Part shown: piece by piece, positions 27,017 to 37,364 of the stretch | Position numbering within the stretch: the stretch's first letter is position 1 | How the letters are laid out: every line of letters begins with the position of its first letter | Position numbers and translations under genes: made by a program | From: Selaginella moellendorffii | Lineage: Eukaryota; Plantae; Lycopodiophyta | Assembly: GCF_000143415.4 (NCBI RefSeq) | Contig: NW_003314312.1 | Span: 1,169,299-1,233,298, forward strand | Direction: 5' to 3' | Length of the DNA: 64,000 nucleotides | The notes under the pieces: generated by a model | What the model was told of the DNA's origin: nothing | What the model saw: the letters and a program-made list of their open reading frames with translations, nothing else | Database searches by the model: none

Positions 27017-27742
27017 AACTAGGAATGCCTGCATCTCAAAACTGCAAGTTGGGAGGATTTGATGTTCCAAAGGGTGCAACCACATTCTTGCACGTCTATG
27101 CCATTGGAAGGGATCCAGCAGTGTGGGATGAACCATTTAAGTTCATGCTGGAGAGGTTCTTCAAGAATTCTTGGATGTTAAGAGCCAGGACTATGGGCTG
27201 CTTCCATTTGACTCTTGTCACAGGGGTTGTCAGGGGATGATACTAGGATTACAAATGGTGCAGCTGCTGGTATCCAACTTGATTCACAGCTTCAATTGGA
27301 GCTTTCTGGGGGAGAGGGGAGGAGAAGCATTTAGAACGAGATACTGCTGGGACTGTTATTTGGAAGACTCTGCTCCAAGTCATGGTCACTCTGAAGGAGG
27401 TACTCTTAGGCTGATTGATAAACCATAAGTACAGAGATTCCATGAAATGGTGTTTATACATGGTCTTGTGTCGGCCTCCAAGAAGCATGAATCCAAAAGG
27501 TATGCCCGATGAGTGAGGCGCAACAGAACTACTCCCACGTCTCTACCGTCGTTGTCGTCACCCTGCTTCGTTGCCACGCTTTTCCTGGCCCGTTCACTTT
27601 ACTGGTTTGCCATCAAAATGGTCCAAACTCAGAGTAAACTGACTCTATTGAATGTAGAAAGAAGTTTAGCTTTTCTTTGAAAAATGTTTCCCTCATTCAA
27701 AAATAAATGCAGGCCAAAACTTTGAAAGAATATTAATGTAAC

Positions 27743-29124
27743 TCAAGGATGAGACTTGATAAACTCCTCACTAAAAGTCCACAGCTCTGCAGCCAACTTC
27801 ATGTCCTTGGCATGAGGGGTGCAATCCGCTTCGTTGCAATCCAAGTAGTACTTTCCACTCACGCCCTCCATGCAAGGATGGACCGCAAGAAGCATGGTTG
27901 TAGCAGCGCCCTGAAAGAAATCACAGCTTTAATCCAGAAACGTAGGCTATGATATGTTTGTACCTGCGGGATGGATTTGCAAAGTGGGCTGGCGAGGAAG
28001 AGAAGCAGCTCTGCACAGCAGCACAAGTCGATCAATCTCAATTCTTTTCAGATACTAACTTACTAGCTGAAGTCTGGTTGAAATCTCTTCCAAGGTTCGT
28101 CTTGATAGTTCCAGGATGAAGTGAATTTACAGTCACGTTGGCACCCTTATCCTGAAATGGAAGATCATCAAAATTATGTCTGGGAAAACTCGAGCACAAA
28201 AACTTTGAATGTATGGACACCTTCAAGCGGCTTGCTAACTCCCTGGTATGCAGTATGTTGGCCAGTTTGGATCTTCCGTAGCTAGTAATCCATTGGAAGC
28301 TGCACGACGAGAGTTAAAGAAAGTTCATTGGAAGATTGCAAGGAAAACCAAAATGCTTCCTCCTAATTATCAATGAAAAGACTAACCTGTTCTTATCATT
28401 CAGCTTGTCAAACTCAATCCCGCCTTTTGGAACATATCTGTGACCTTCAGACGCCACCATGACAATCCGACCTTGCACTCCAGTTTGAGATGCAGTCTGG
28501 ATCATCTTGTCCAACAGCAGCTCAGTGAGCAAAAACGGACCTGGATCATCAGAGTGAAGGTTTTTCTAACAGACAAAACTTGAACACCATACCCATATGG
28601 TTTGTCGCGAAATCGAGCTCCAAGCCATCCGGTGAGAGCTGGAAGTTATTGGCCGTCATCCCAGCATTGTTTCTGCATTGATCCATGCATTTTGATCAGA
28701 AACACTAACAGGAGTGACTCACATGAGGATGTGGAGCGGGAGATTTAGAGCCTTGAAGTCGTCGACAAATTTCCTGACCGACTTGAGGGAGCTCAGATCC
28801 AGCTCAAGAACAGTGACCCTTGCATTAGGGAATTCGCGTTGGATCTTGGACTTGGCTGCTTCAGCGTTCTGTAGCTTCCTGGCTGGGATAACAACGTGCG
28901 CACCGTGCTTGGCGAGAACTCTGGCCGTCTCAAACCCAATTCCGGAGGTAGCCCCTGTAGCTTGATGATGAGAAATCGAAGCAAACTACCGATGGAATCG
29001 GCATACCTGTGACGATTACCACTTTGGATTCCAGAGAAATCCCCTTTGCAACTTTCTCGGCTGTAGCTCCCGATCCAAAGCCTGTAGCGCCGCGGCATCC
29101 TGTGAAGTAGCTTATCACGCCCAT
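27743..29124 (-). CDS. Short-chain dehydrogenase/reductase (Tic32/retinol dehydrogenase-like), multi-exon
   Basis: [12 protein letters not shown] Rossmann motif, [20 protein letters not shown] (YxxxK), SLHPGTIKT; ends [14 protein letters not shown]. Confidence 0.92.
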
Positions 29125-29594
29125 GATTCCTGGATTGCTTGCAAAGACTTGTGACTTTGATCCCGAGACGGCTGCTTAAATATATTCCTGACTAGCTTGA
29201 CCGACGCGCAAATGTGACATCCACGAAAGCGCTTAGAGAAGATTCTGAAACATTCGGTCAATTTGGAATGGTGAGGTATTATCAATCAATAACCATGACG
29301 ATTCATTCAAACAACACGTCGACTGATGTCCATGCATGACCTTTGTTCACCGCGCAAACGCCACTTTGATATCTCAGCGTGTGAAAAGTCGCCTGGGCGC
29401 CATTGCTCGAATTTTCAGCCCTCTAAAGAACATGTCAATGTCAAACCCAGCGAGTGAATGAAAACCGCGGCTTCCAAGTGATATATAAATGGTTGCTTGC
29501 AGTGCCAAAGTCATTGACAAAGCTACATCTCGAGATCGATCAGCAAAAGAAAGCATAGCTCTCTTTCTCTCAGCCCTGTAAAGGTTCTTCAAGG

Positions 29595-31271
29595 ATGATA
29601 GCGATACTATCGATATTCTTGGTCGTTCTATTTGCTCCCGGCCATGTCCACTCCAAGTGTATAGCGGGCGAGCTGTGCTGGCCAGACGCACAGACCTGGG
29701 CATCCTTCAATCGCTCCGTGGGAGGGAGAATGATCAGCGTGGCCCCTCCAGCATCGCCATGCCATGATCCAAACTACGACGAGCGAGCCTGCAACACCGT
29801 GAGGAGCGGCTGGAACAGTCCGTTCTGGAGGACCGATCAACCGGGTGCGCTGCAACGGACGAGCTGGGAATCGTTTGGGGAGCAGCGCTGCCTGATCTCC
29901 TCCAACAGGACCGCCGCTTGCTTCCAGGGCGCGGTCCCGGTCTACGCGGTCAACGTTACTCGGGCGGCCCACGTCCAAGAGGCCGTCAAGTTTGCGTCCC
30001 GGCACGACTTGCGCATCGTGATACGAAACACAGGGCATGACTTCCTCGGGCGGAGCACGGCGGTGGGAGCTCTCAGCATTTGGGTGCACCACCTCCAGAA
30101 GATCCAGTTCCACGAGAGCTTCAAATGCGGCCCTGGTAGCGACCGTGGCTACTCGGCAGTGACGGTGGGTGCTGGAATTCAGTGGGAGGAGCTCTATCGG
30201 CAAGCGTATCAACGAAAGATGATCCTGGCTGGCGGGGGATGTTCCTCGGTTGGAGCAGCCGGCGGATACCCTCAAGGTGGCGGCCAAAGTTTCCTTTCCC
30301 CGCTAATCGGCTTGAGCGCTGATAACGTTCTCGAGTACGAGGTGGTGACCGCGGATGGTAGGCTTGTCAAAGCAAATGCGTGCCAAAACACGGACTTGTT
30401 CTGGGCTCTCCGGGGTGGCGGCGGAGGAACATTCGGAGTTGTGCTCTCGGCGACGCACAGGACTTTTCCAGCTCTTGACAGCCTTGTCTTCGCTCCTCAC
30501 AACTTCAGCGCCCCCGATACCACCACCTTTCAGGGGCTGCTCACTCTGTTTACGAGGTTGAATCCCTCTCTGTCCGATGCCGGCTGGTCTGGCTACTTCT
30601 TCTCGACGAGCCAGAGCCTGACGCTAACGTTCCTGCTGCCCAACCGGAACGTCTCGTATGCTTCCGCCACCTTGGCCCCGCTGCTATCGTACGCGCGGGA
30701 GAACAACATCCGGATCGACGGGAGCTTGGAGACGTATGCCTCGTACTGGGACTGGCACTTGCAGTTTCAATGTGGAGGGCAAGAATCGTGCTTGGGCCTC
30801 AACAACTTGGGAGTCTCGGATGTCTTCGCAACGAGGCTGATCCCGAGATCGCTCTTCGACCACGAACAAGACCTCCTCCCAAAGGCCATGATGCGCGTCA
30901 TGACCGAGCTGCAAGTTCCAGCTACGTATGCGATCCTGGGGGGCGGAAAAGTGCGAGAACCCCAAGACAGCGCTGTGAATCCGGCGTATCGCGACGGACT
31001 GTGGCTGCTCGTATCGCCCCTGACTTGGCGGGACAATGCGACGGTGGCGGAGATGAGGGCTGCTGCGAATCTAGTGTCGCAGGCGAACAAGCTCTTCATC
31101 GATCTCACGCCGGGCTCCGGGACTTACGTGAACGAGGCCGATTACAACGAGCCCAATTGGCAGCAATCCTTCTTTGGGAAGAACTATCCTCGCCTGTACC
31201 ACATCAAGCGCAGGGTCGATCCTACCAATCTCTTTACGTGCCATCACTGCGTGGGTAGCGAATTCAACTGA
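29595..31271 (+). CDS. Secreted FAD-linked oxidoreductase (BBE-like, VAO/PCMH fold), intronless, 558 aa
   Basis: Signal peptide; RNTGHDFLGRS (FAD His); GGGCSSVGAAGG (FAD Cys); DLFWALRGGGGGTFGVV; YVNEAD...FFGKNYPRLYHIKRRVDPTNLF; TATA at ~29482. Confidence 0.93.
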   Translation: MIAILSIFLVVLFAPGHVHSKCIAGELCWPDAQTWASFNRSVGGRMISVAPPASPCHDPNYDERACNTVRSGWNSPFWRTDQPGALQRTSWESFGEQRCLISSNRTAACFQGAVPVYAVNVTRAAHVQEAVKFASRHDLRIVIRNTGHDFLGRSTAVGALSIWVHHLQKIQFHESFKCGPGSDRGYSAVTVGAGIQWEELYRQAYQRKMILAGGGCSSVGAAGGYPQGGGQSFLSPLIGLSADNVLEYEVVTADGRLVKANACQNTDLFWALRGGGGGTFGVVLSATHRTFPALDSLVFAPHNFSAPDTTTFQGLLTLFTRLNPSLSDAGWSGYFFSTSQSLTLTFLLPNRNVSYASATLAPLLSYARENNIRIDGSLETYASYWDWHLQFQCGGQESCLGLNNLGVSDVFATRLIPRSLFDHEQDLLPKAMMRVMTELQVPATYAILGGGKVREPQDSAVNPAYRDGLWLLVSPLTWRDNATVAEMRAAANLVSQANKLFIDLTPGSGTYVNEADYNEPNWQQSFFGKNYPRLYHIKRRVDPTNLFTCHHCVGSEFN

Positions 31272-31365
31272 GAATCCAGTGAAAAACATAGCGATTCCAT
31301 ACAAATGTTGAAAATGTTACAGTAGCGATTCATTGCTTCAAAAATGAAAATCTAGGGTTCTTGAG

Positions 31366-32800
31366 ATGGGGCTCCTTGGTTTCGTTCTTGGGCTCTGGAT
31401 TGCCATTCTAGCAGCTGCCAAGACGGTGAAGCAAGATCCTCTCCAGCTGCATTTTCGTCTTGCCAATTCCAGTCAAGGCATTGAACGAGCTCAAGGCAGC
31501 TGGAGGATGGAAGGTTATGTACGCTTGGATCCCTGTGGGGATGGAGACGCGGCATTGTGGCCGGGAATCACTTGTTCCTCCCCAAATGACGATGGCTATC
31601 GAGTGGTCACGGAATTGTGAGTTTTAATCGTCACTTTCTTCTTTCTTTCCAGGGAGCTCTTTAAAGTGTCGATCATTGGAACGTTCCCGATCGGTGTCAC
31701 AAATTTGCTGGATCTCAGGAAACTGTGGGTTGGTGGGTGTTGGTTTTCGTTTACTGAGTTCTTGCGTTCTTCTCTTGCAGGGACTTGCATGGCAACAAAC
31801 TCACCGGACCGATTCCTCCTCAAATAGGACGGTTGGAGAAGCTTGTAACCCTGTAATGTGATTGTTAGCGGTCTGGCCGAAAAATTCTCGACTTATTTTG
31901 CTTTTTTCTTTGCAGGAACTTGAGATGGAGCAAGCTGCAAGACGCCATACCTCTTGAGATTGGGCAGCTGAAGAAACTACAAAACTTGTGAGTAGAGTTT
32001 CGCTTCTGTTCTAAGTTCTTTCTTTCATCGTGTCTGTCTGTCAGGTTTTTAAGTTTTAACAGCCTTAGAGGACCTATACCGAAGGAGCTCACGTATCTGC
32101 AGGAGCTTCGATACGTGCATCTTCACGAGAACAAGCTTATCGGCCGGATCCCTCCGGAGTTTGGAGAACTTCCTTATCTCCGACAATTTTAAGCTTCAGT
32201 TTCATCCAATTTTCTTATATTATTCTCTCGCAGGGATGTCAGCAACAATCATCTTGTGGGAACCATCAGAGAACTGCTAAGAAGCGAACAGAATCGTGCT
32301 AAAGATGCATTTCCATCTCTCCGAAATTTGTAAGCTTTTCTTCTTTTGTGCTTGGAGTCTTAAGCTCGACGTCCCCACAAGTACCTAAACAACAATTACC
32401 TCACCGGAGGAATACCAGCAGAACTTTCGTACTTGCGCAATCTAGAAATCCTGTAAGCTCGACGCTAGAGTTGTCCTCGCCTGCTGATTCCCCCCGTGGC
32501 TATGCAGGTACTTGTCTTACAACAAACTTACAGGTCCGGTACCGGACGCAATCGCAAGCATCCCGAAGCTAACCTACCTGTGAATTTTTCTCACGCAAAA
32601 GCTCGTTTTTCTCGTAGATACCTGGATCACAATGCTTTGAATGGCCGACTGTCGTCAGCCTTCTACAGCCATCCGAGCCTGAAAGAGATGTACGTTGGCT
32701 CTTTCGCTTAATCATCGATGTAGTAAGCGTTTCTTTTTCCAGCTATACTGAAGGGAACCAATTCAGCTCTTCCGCCAAACCAGTTGGTATACATAAACCC
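31366..32800 (+). pseudogene. Extracellular leucine-rich repeat protein, multi-exon, probably defective
   Basis: Signal peptide, DPCG...WPGITCS cap, one LRR per exon (DLHGNKLTGPIPPQIGRL, LHENKLIGRIPPEFG, LNNNYLTGGIPAEL); apparent donor loss at ~32188 and a disrupted last exon. Confidence 0.7.
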
Positions 32801-33290
32801 TAAACCGGAAGTCATTTTTTAGAAGGCATGCAGTCTCTGGTTCACGATTACGCTAGAAGAAGTTGCCAAGGAGAGATTCAGGGAGATCAGGGAGAATATT
32901 ACTTTTTCACGTGCTAGTGAGTTCGATTAGTCACTTTTCAGCTGTGAAGCGTTTCATGCTGTTATTGTGGTTTGTCTGAGACTGCAGAATGTATCCCTGG
33001 ACAATCTATCATGCATGAGAAAAGCGTACATGGAATATGAGGAGATTAAGGATGCTAGCCAGCTTCTTAGAAGGATGCCTGAAATGATTCCAGCATAATG
33101 CGAGCCATGATTTCATTGATGTAGTTACGGTACTCTCGATACCGTACTATTACAAACAACTTATAGATTTTGTTGGCGTGGATGAAAATTTCCACAAAAG
33201 TATGGTGATCCTGCAGCAATTTCAACTGGAAGATGTACGGAAAAAAATTCTTTGCTACTTGTGCTCTTTGAGTTTACACCGAAAACACCA

Positions 33291-36200
33291 ATGGCCCTTG
33301 CAGGATTTGTGTACTGCTTAACTTGCTTGATCGTCGTATTGTCGTCTCCGGGTGTTGCTATTGATCCGTTTGAGACGGTGATTCCCGACTGGGTCGATTC
33401 GTTTCATTTCCCGCGACCTTCACTTCGGGTAGCTTACAGATGAGACAAATCGGGATCAAAGCGCACCGTGCTAGCGGACAGAACAGGAAAACCCTAATGG
33501 ACACGTGGCAAGGTGTGTCGTGTAACACTCCCCCCCAAACCGAAGCCACTCACCAAACCAAATCTGTCACGTAGGAGCTGAAACTGGTGTGGCCCCAACG
33601 GCTTAGTGAGAAGATTGGCTGGCATATCCTGTGTCCCAAGATGTTGGACGGCGAGGGTGCCACCGTCAACCAACTCACGCACATAGTGAAATTGGACTTC
33701 AATGTGCTTCGAGCAGGCATGGTGGACGGGGTTCTTGGACATGGCAATGCTGCTTCGGTTGTCACACCAAGAAGTAGTGGGGCCAGCTTGTGCACATCCC
33801 AACTCAGCAAGTAACCCTCGAGCCCAGACCACATCCCTGCTACCAGTAGTGAGTGCGATGTACTCCGCCTCTGCACTAGAAAGGGCCACCACAGATTGTC
33901 GCTTGGAGGCCCACGTGATGGCACCTCCTGAGAAGGAAAGGCAAATGCCAGAAGTCGAGCGATGACCTTTGTTGTTGGCAAAACTAGCATCTGTGTAGCA
34001 TGCTAATGATGCATCACCCCCTGAATAAGCAATGCCATAGTCCATAGTGCCCCGGAGGTATCTCACGATACGCTTGGCAGCTTGCCAATGTATGGTGGTT
34101 GGTGATGTGTTGTATTGACTCAAGGCAATAGTTGCATATGTGATGTCGGGGCGAGTCATCAGGGCCAAATATGTGAGGCAACCAATGAGATGCTGATAGG
34201 GAGTCCCAGTGGGTAGAGGCTCACCAGACTGCTCAACTGTGAGGTCGATAGCACCAACAACCATCGGGGTCTTGACGGGGTGGCAATCACGCATACCAAA
34301 CCGATCCAGCAAGACTTCGACTTTACGTCGTTGGCTAAGCATGTAGCCACCAGAATCAGGATCACGTGTGACTTCAAAGCCAAGAAAGTAGGAGACTCGG
34401 CCAAGGTCCTTCATCTGGAATTGCTGGCTGAGAGCATCTTTCAGAGCAGCAATGGCATCGTTGTCATCACCCATGATGAGCAAATCATCAACGTAGAGGG
34501 CCACAATAACCATGCGCTCAGCATGACCATTGACATACACATTGTGATCAGCATGACAGCGACGAAAGCCTTGAGCACGTAGGGTGGCATCAAATTTTTG
34601 ATACCAAATACGAGAGCTCTGTTTTAAGCCATACAAAGCTTTCCGCAATTGCCATATAGGGCCACCAGGGGCAACATCGTCCTCAAAACCAGGAGGTATA
34701 TGCATATAGATGTCCTCTTGCAAATCCCCATTCAGAAATGCAGTTTTGACATCCATATGGTGGACTTGCCATTTGCGAGCAGCCGCAAGGGCAAAAAGAG
34801 TACGGAGGCTAGCCATTTTTACAACCGGTGAGAATGTTTCATCGTAGTCAAGGCCATGGACTTGGCGAAAACCACAAACAACCAACCGTGCCTTATAACG
34901 TACAACCTGGCCATCTTTCCCATACTTTTTGGAAAAAATCCATTTTGGATCCAAAACACGTCGTCCCAGTGGCGCTGAATCAACTGGAACATAAGTTCCA
35001 TTAGCCCGAATGGAAGAAACTTCTTCCGCAATAGCTTCCATCCAAGATGAAGCCTCAGGTCCTGAGATAGCCTCATCATAGGTCATGGGGATGCCGATGT
35101 CAATAAGGCCACAAAAGTCATCAAGCTTTGCAGCATCTGCTTCAGCATTTTCCCGGACTTTTAACGAGGGCCGACGTTCCCGGGGGTGATCAAGAACTGG
35201 CATCGGATCAGGCATGCCACGACGTCGACAAGGTGGTGGAGGTGTCGGAGGCCTGTCCTCAACTAGAGGAGCATCAGCTGGTTCAAGCATGTCCAGAAGT
35301 GGAGGATTCCCCAATGGAATCTCTGGTGGCAACTCATAAATAGGATCTTGAGGCGGAGGCAAGAGTGGACCATCTCCCATAAGTGGGATCAAAGGAACAA
35401 GTCGAGTCTCAGCAATAAAAGAAGGATCTTGAAGAGCCTCTGTACGCATGGGAAAGTCGTCTTCATTGAACATGACATCTGTGCTTACAATAGCCTTGTG
35501 AGAGGCAAGATCCCACAACTTGTAAGCTTTTCTCCCGATAGTGTCGTCCTGTGCATATCCCACGAAGATGAATTTTTTACTCTTGGGATCTAGCTTTTTC
35601 CGAAGTTGATCAGGGGTATGTGCATATGCTGCACAACCAAAGACCCAAAAGTGGGACACATCAGGAGTAGAACCTGTCCAAAATGCCTTAGGGGTTTTTC
35701 CATCCAAAGCAGCCGTGGCAAGGCGATTTTGTACATGCATTGCTGTGGCTATGGCCTCTTGCCAAAACATCTTGTCAAGATGTGCATCAGCTAACAAAGC
35801 ACGAGCAGCATTGACAAGAGTACGATTCTTCCTTTTTGCAACACCATTTTGCTGGGGGGTGTAGCGGGCTGTAGCTTGCAGTCGTATGCCTACATCATGA
35901 CAGATGCCCCGAAGCTCATTGTTGAGGTATTCGCCACCACCATCAACTCGAAGAGCTTTTATCTTTCGACCAAGGAGGTTTTCAACGTACGCCTTGTACG
36001 TTTGAAAGGCAGCAACTGCATCACTCTTACGCATCAAGAAGTGGATGCATGTTCGACAGCTATAGTCATCAATGAATGTGATGAAATATCTTGCGCCATC
36101 ATGACTTGGCACGTCCATGGGGCCGCAAAGATCAGAATGGACTAAGTCCAGAAGTCCAAGTGCTCGATGCTTACTCGGTGAGAAGTTCCGGCGGTGATGC

Positions 36201-36965
36201 TTGCCTAAAACACAAACTTCACAAAATGTAGATGGGATACGTTGGAAATCCAATCTAGTAACGATATCTTGGGATTTCATCCGTTGAAGAGATTGGTAAT
36301 GAACATGACTAAGTCTTTTATGCCAAAGCTCCGATACCATGAGACAAATCGGGATCAAAGCGCACCGCGCTAGCGGACAGAACAGGAAAACCCTAATGGA
36401 CACGTGGCGAGGTGTGTCGTGTAACAACGGATAGCAGAACGTGACCATAGAAAGGCAGTTTTCGCCGGCTGAAGTTCTTCTACAGCCCAAGGTGAGCATC
36501 ACGAATGCTGGGAATAGAGACCTTTTTATGCTTGTAATGGTGGATCCTGATCCTCCCGGTCCACAAATTCCCATCTTGAGGAACATTCTGCACTGGATTG
36601 TAGTTAATATCCCAGCTCAATCTACCAGTAAGCTCTCATTCCAAAAGAAATCAGGACCGCTTGAGTACATTTATAATGAATTTGCAGATGCATCAGAGCA
36701 AGGAGACCATCTTGCCCCTTACTTATCTCCTACACCAGTTCAGGGAGTCCACCGTTATTATTTTCTTCTCTTCAGACAGGTGAGAAAGACTTTGAGCAGT
36801 CCTCGCATGACTTGAACATTGTGATTGCAGAAGAAACAAATTCATGCTGGAAGTCTGGCTGGAAGTCTTATCAGGACTCTCTTCAGTGTCCATGTGTTCA
36901 CAGAGAATTATGATTTGGGTTATCCTGTAGATGGAGTCTTCTTCACCTCCAGAGTGATTATATAA
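33291..36965 (+). pseudogene. PEBP (FT/MFT-like) gene with N-terminal hydrophobic leader, interrupted by Copia
   Basis: MALAGFVYCLTCLIVVLSSPGVAIDPF...SLRVAY | LVMVDPDPP...LHWIVVNIP...GVHRYYFLLFRQ...YDLGYPV; in-frame TAG at 36432 after removing the insertion. Confidence 0.85.
33441..36426 (-). mobile_element. Ty1/Copia element, 2986 bp, 87-bp LTRs, open IN-RT-RNase H frame, no gag or protease
   Basis: LTRs 33441-33527 and 36340-36426 (2 mismatches); TSD ACAGA/ACGGA; PBS TGGTATCGGAGC; PPT at ~33528-33539; LWHKRLSH, HSDLCGP, MDVKTAFLNG, LYVDD, YTDASF. Confidence 0.95.
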
Positions 36966-37364
36966 CTGATGAACTCGTATGAATAAATTGAGTAGACATG
37001 ATCCCAATATCCTCTCCTCCATTGCAAGCATATATGACTTTCCATCCTCCACCTACCTTGAGTAGTAAGATCGCGTCACTTAAACTTAACTATATCAAGA
37101 ATGTGGGTGGAAATTATTAGCTCACGCTCGCTTCACCATAACACCCAGTAGATTGAAATTTTTTCTTTCTTTTATTTATTGTGTTTCAGAATATTCTCAG
37201 AATATTATTAATGTATGGCTACAAGGGGAAAAATTTAATAATTTCTTCTTCCTATGGATCCCTGTGAATCGTGAGTGCAATGTAGAGCTGAATTAGGCTG
37301 TCTGGGAGGATCCAAGTTGTACATGCATACTCCATGTTCATGAGTGACCCTAGCAATTGCTGAA

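Larger units (their letters stand above)
22700..27420 (+). pseudogene. P450 pseudogene split by a gypsy element (N-terminal part ~22700-23030, C-terminal part ~27020-27420; middle missing)
   Basis: LHLFGRKPHLSLLALSNKYG...; CKLGGFDVPKGATTFLHVYAIGRDPAVWDEPFKFMLERF; degenerate heme motif PFDSCHRGCQG. Confidence 0.8.

Noticed and set aside
21371-31271. Microbial contamination as the source of the MTPSL and oxidase
   Set aside because: They are interleaved with intron-containing plant genes and plant retroelements.
33494-36586. 1030-aa ORF as a PEBP-retroelement fusion
   Set aside because: The first ~82 aa are antisense PEBP and LTR read-through; the real coding part is Copia pol.
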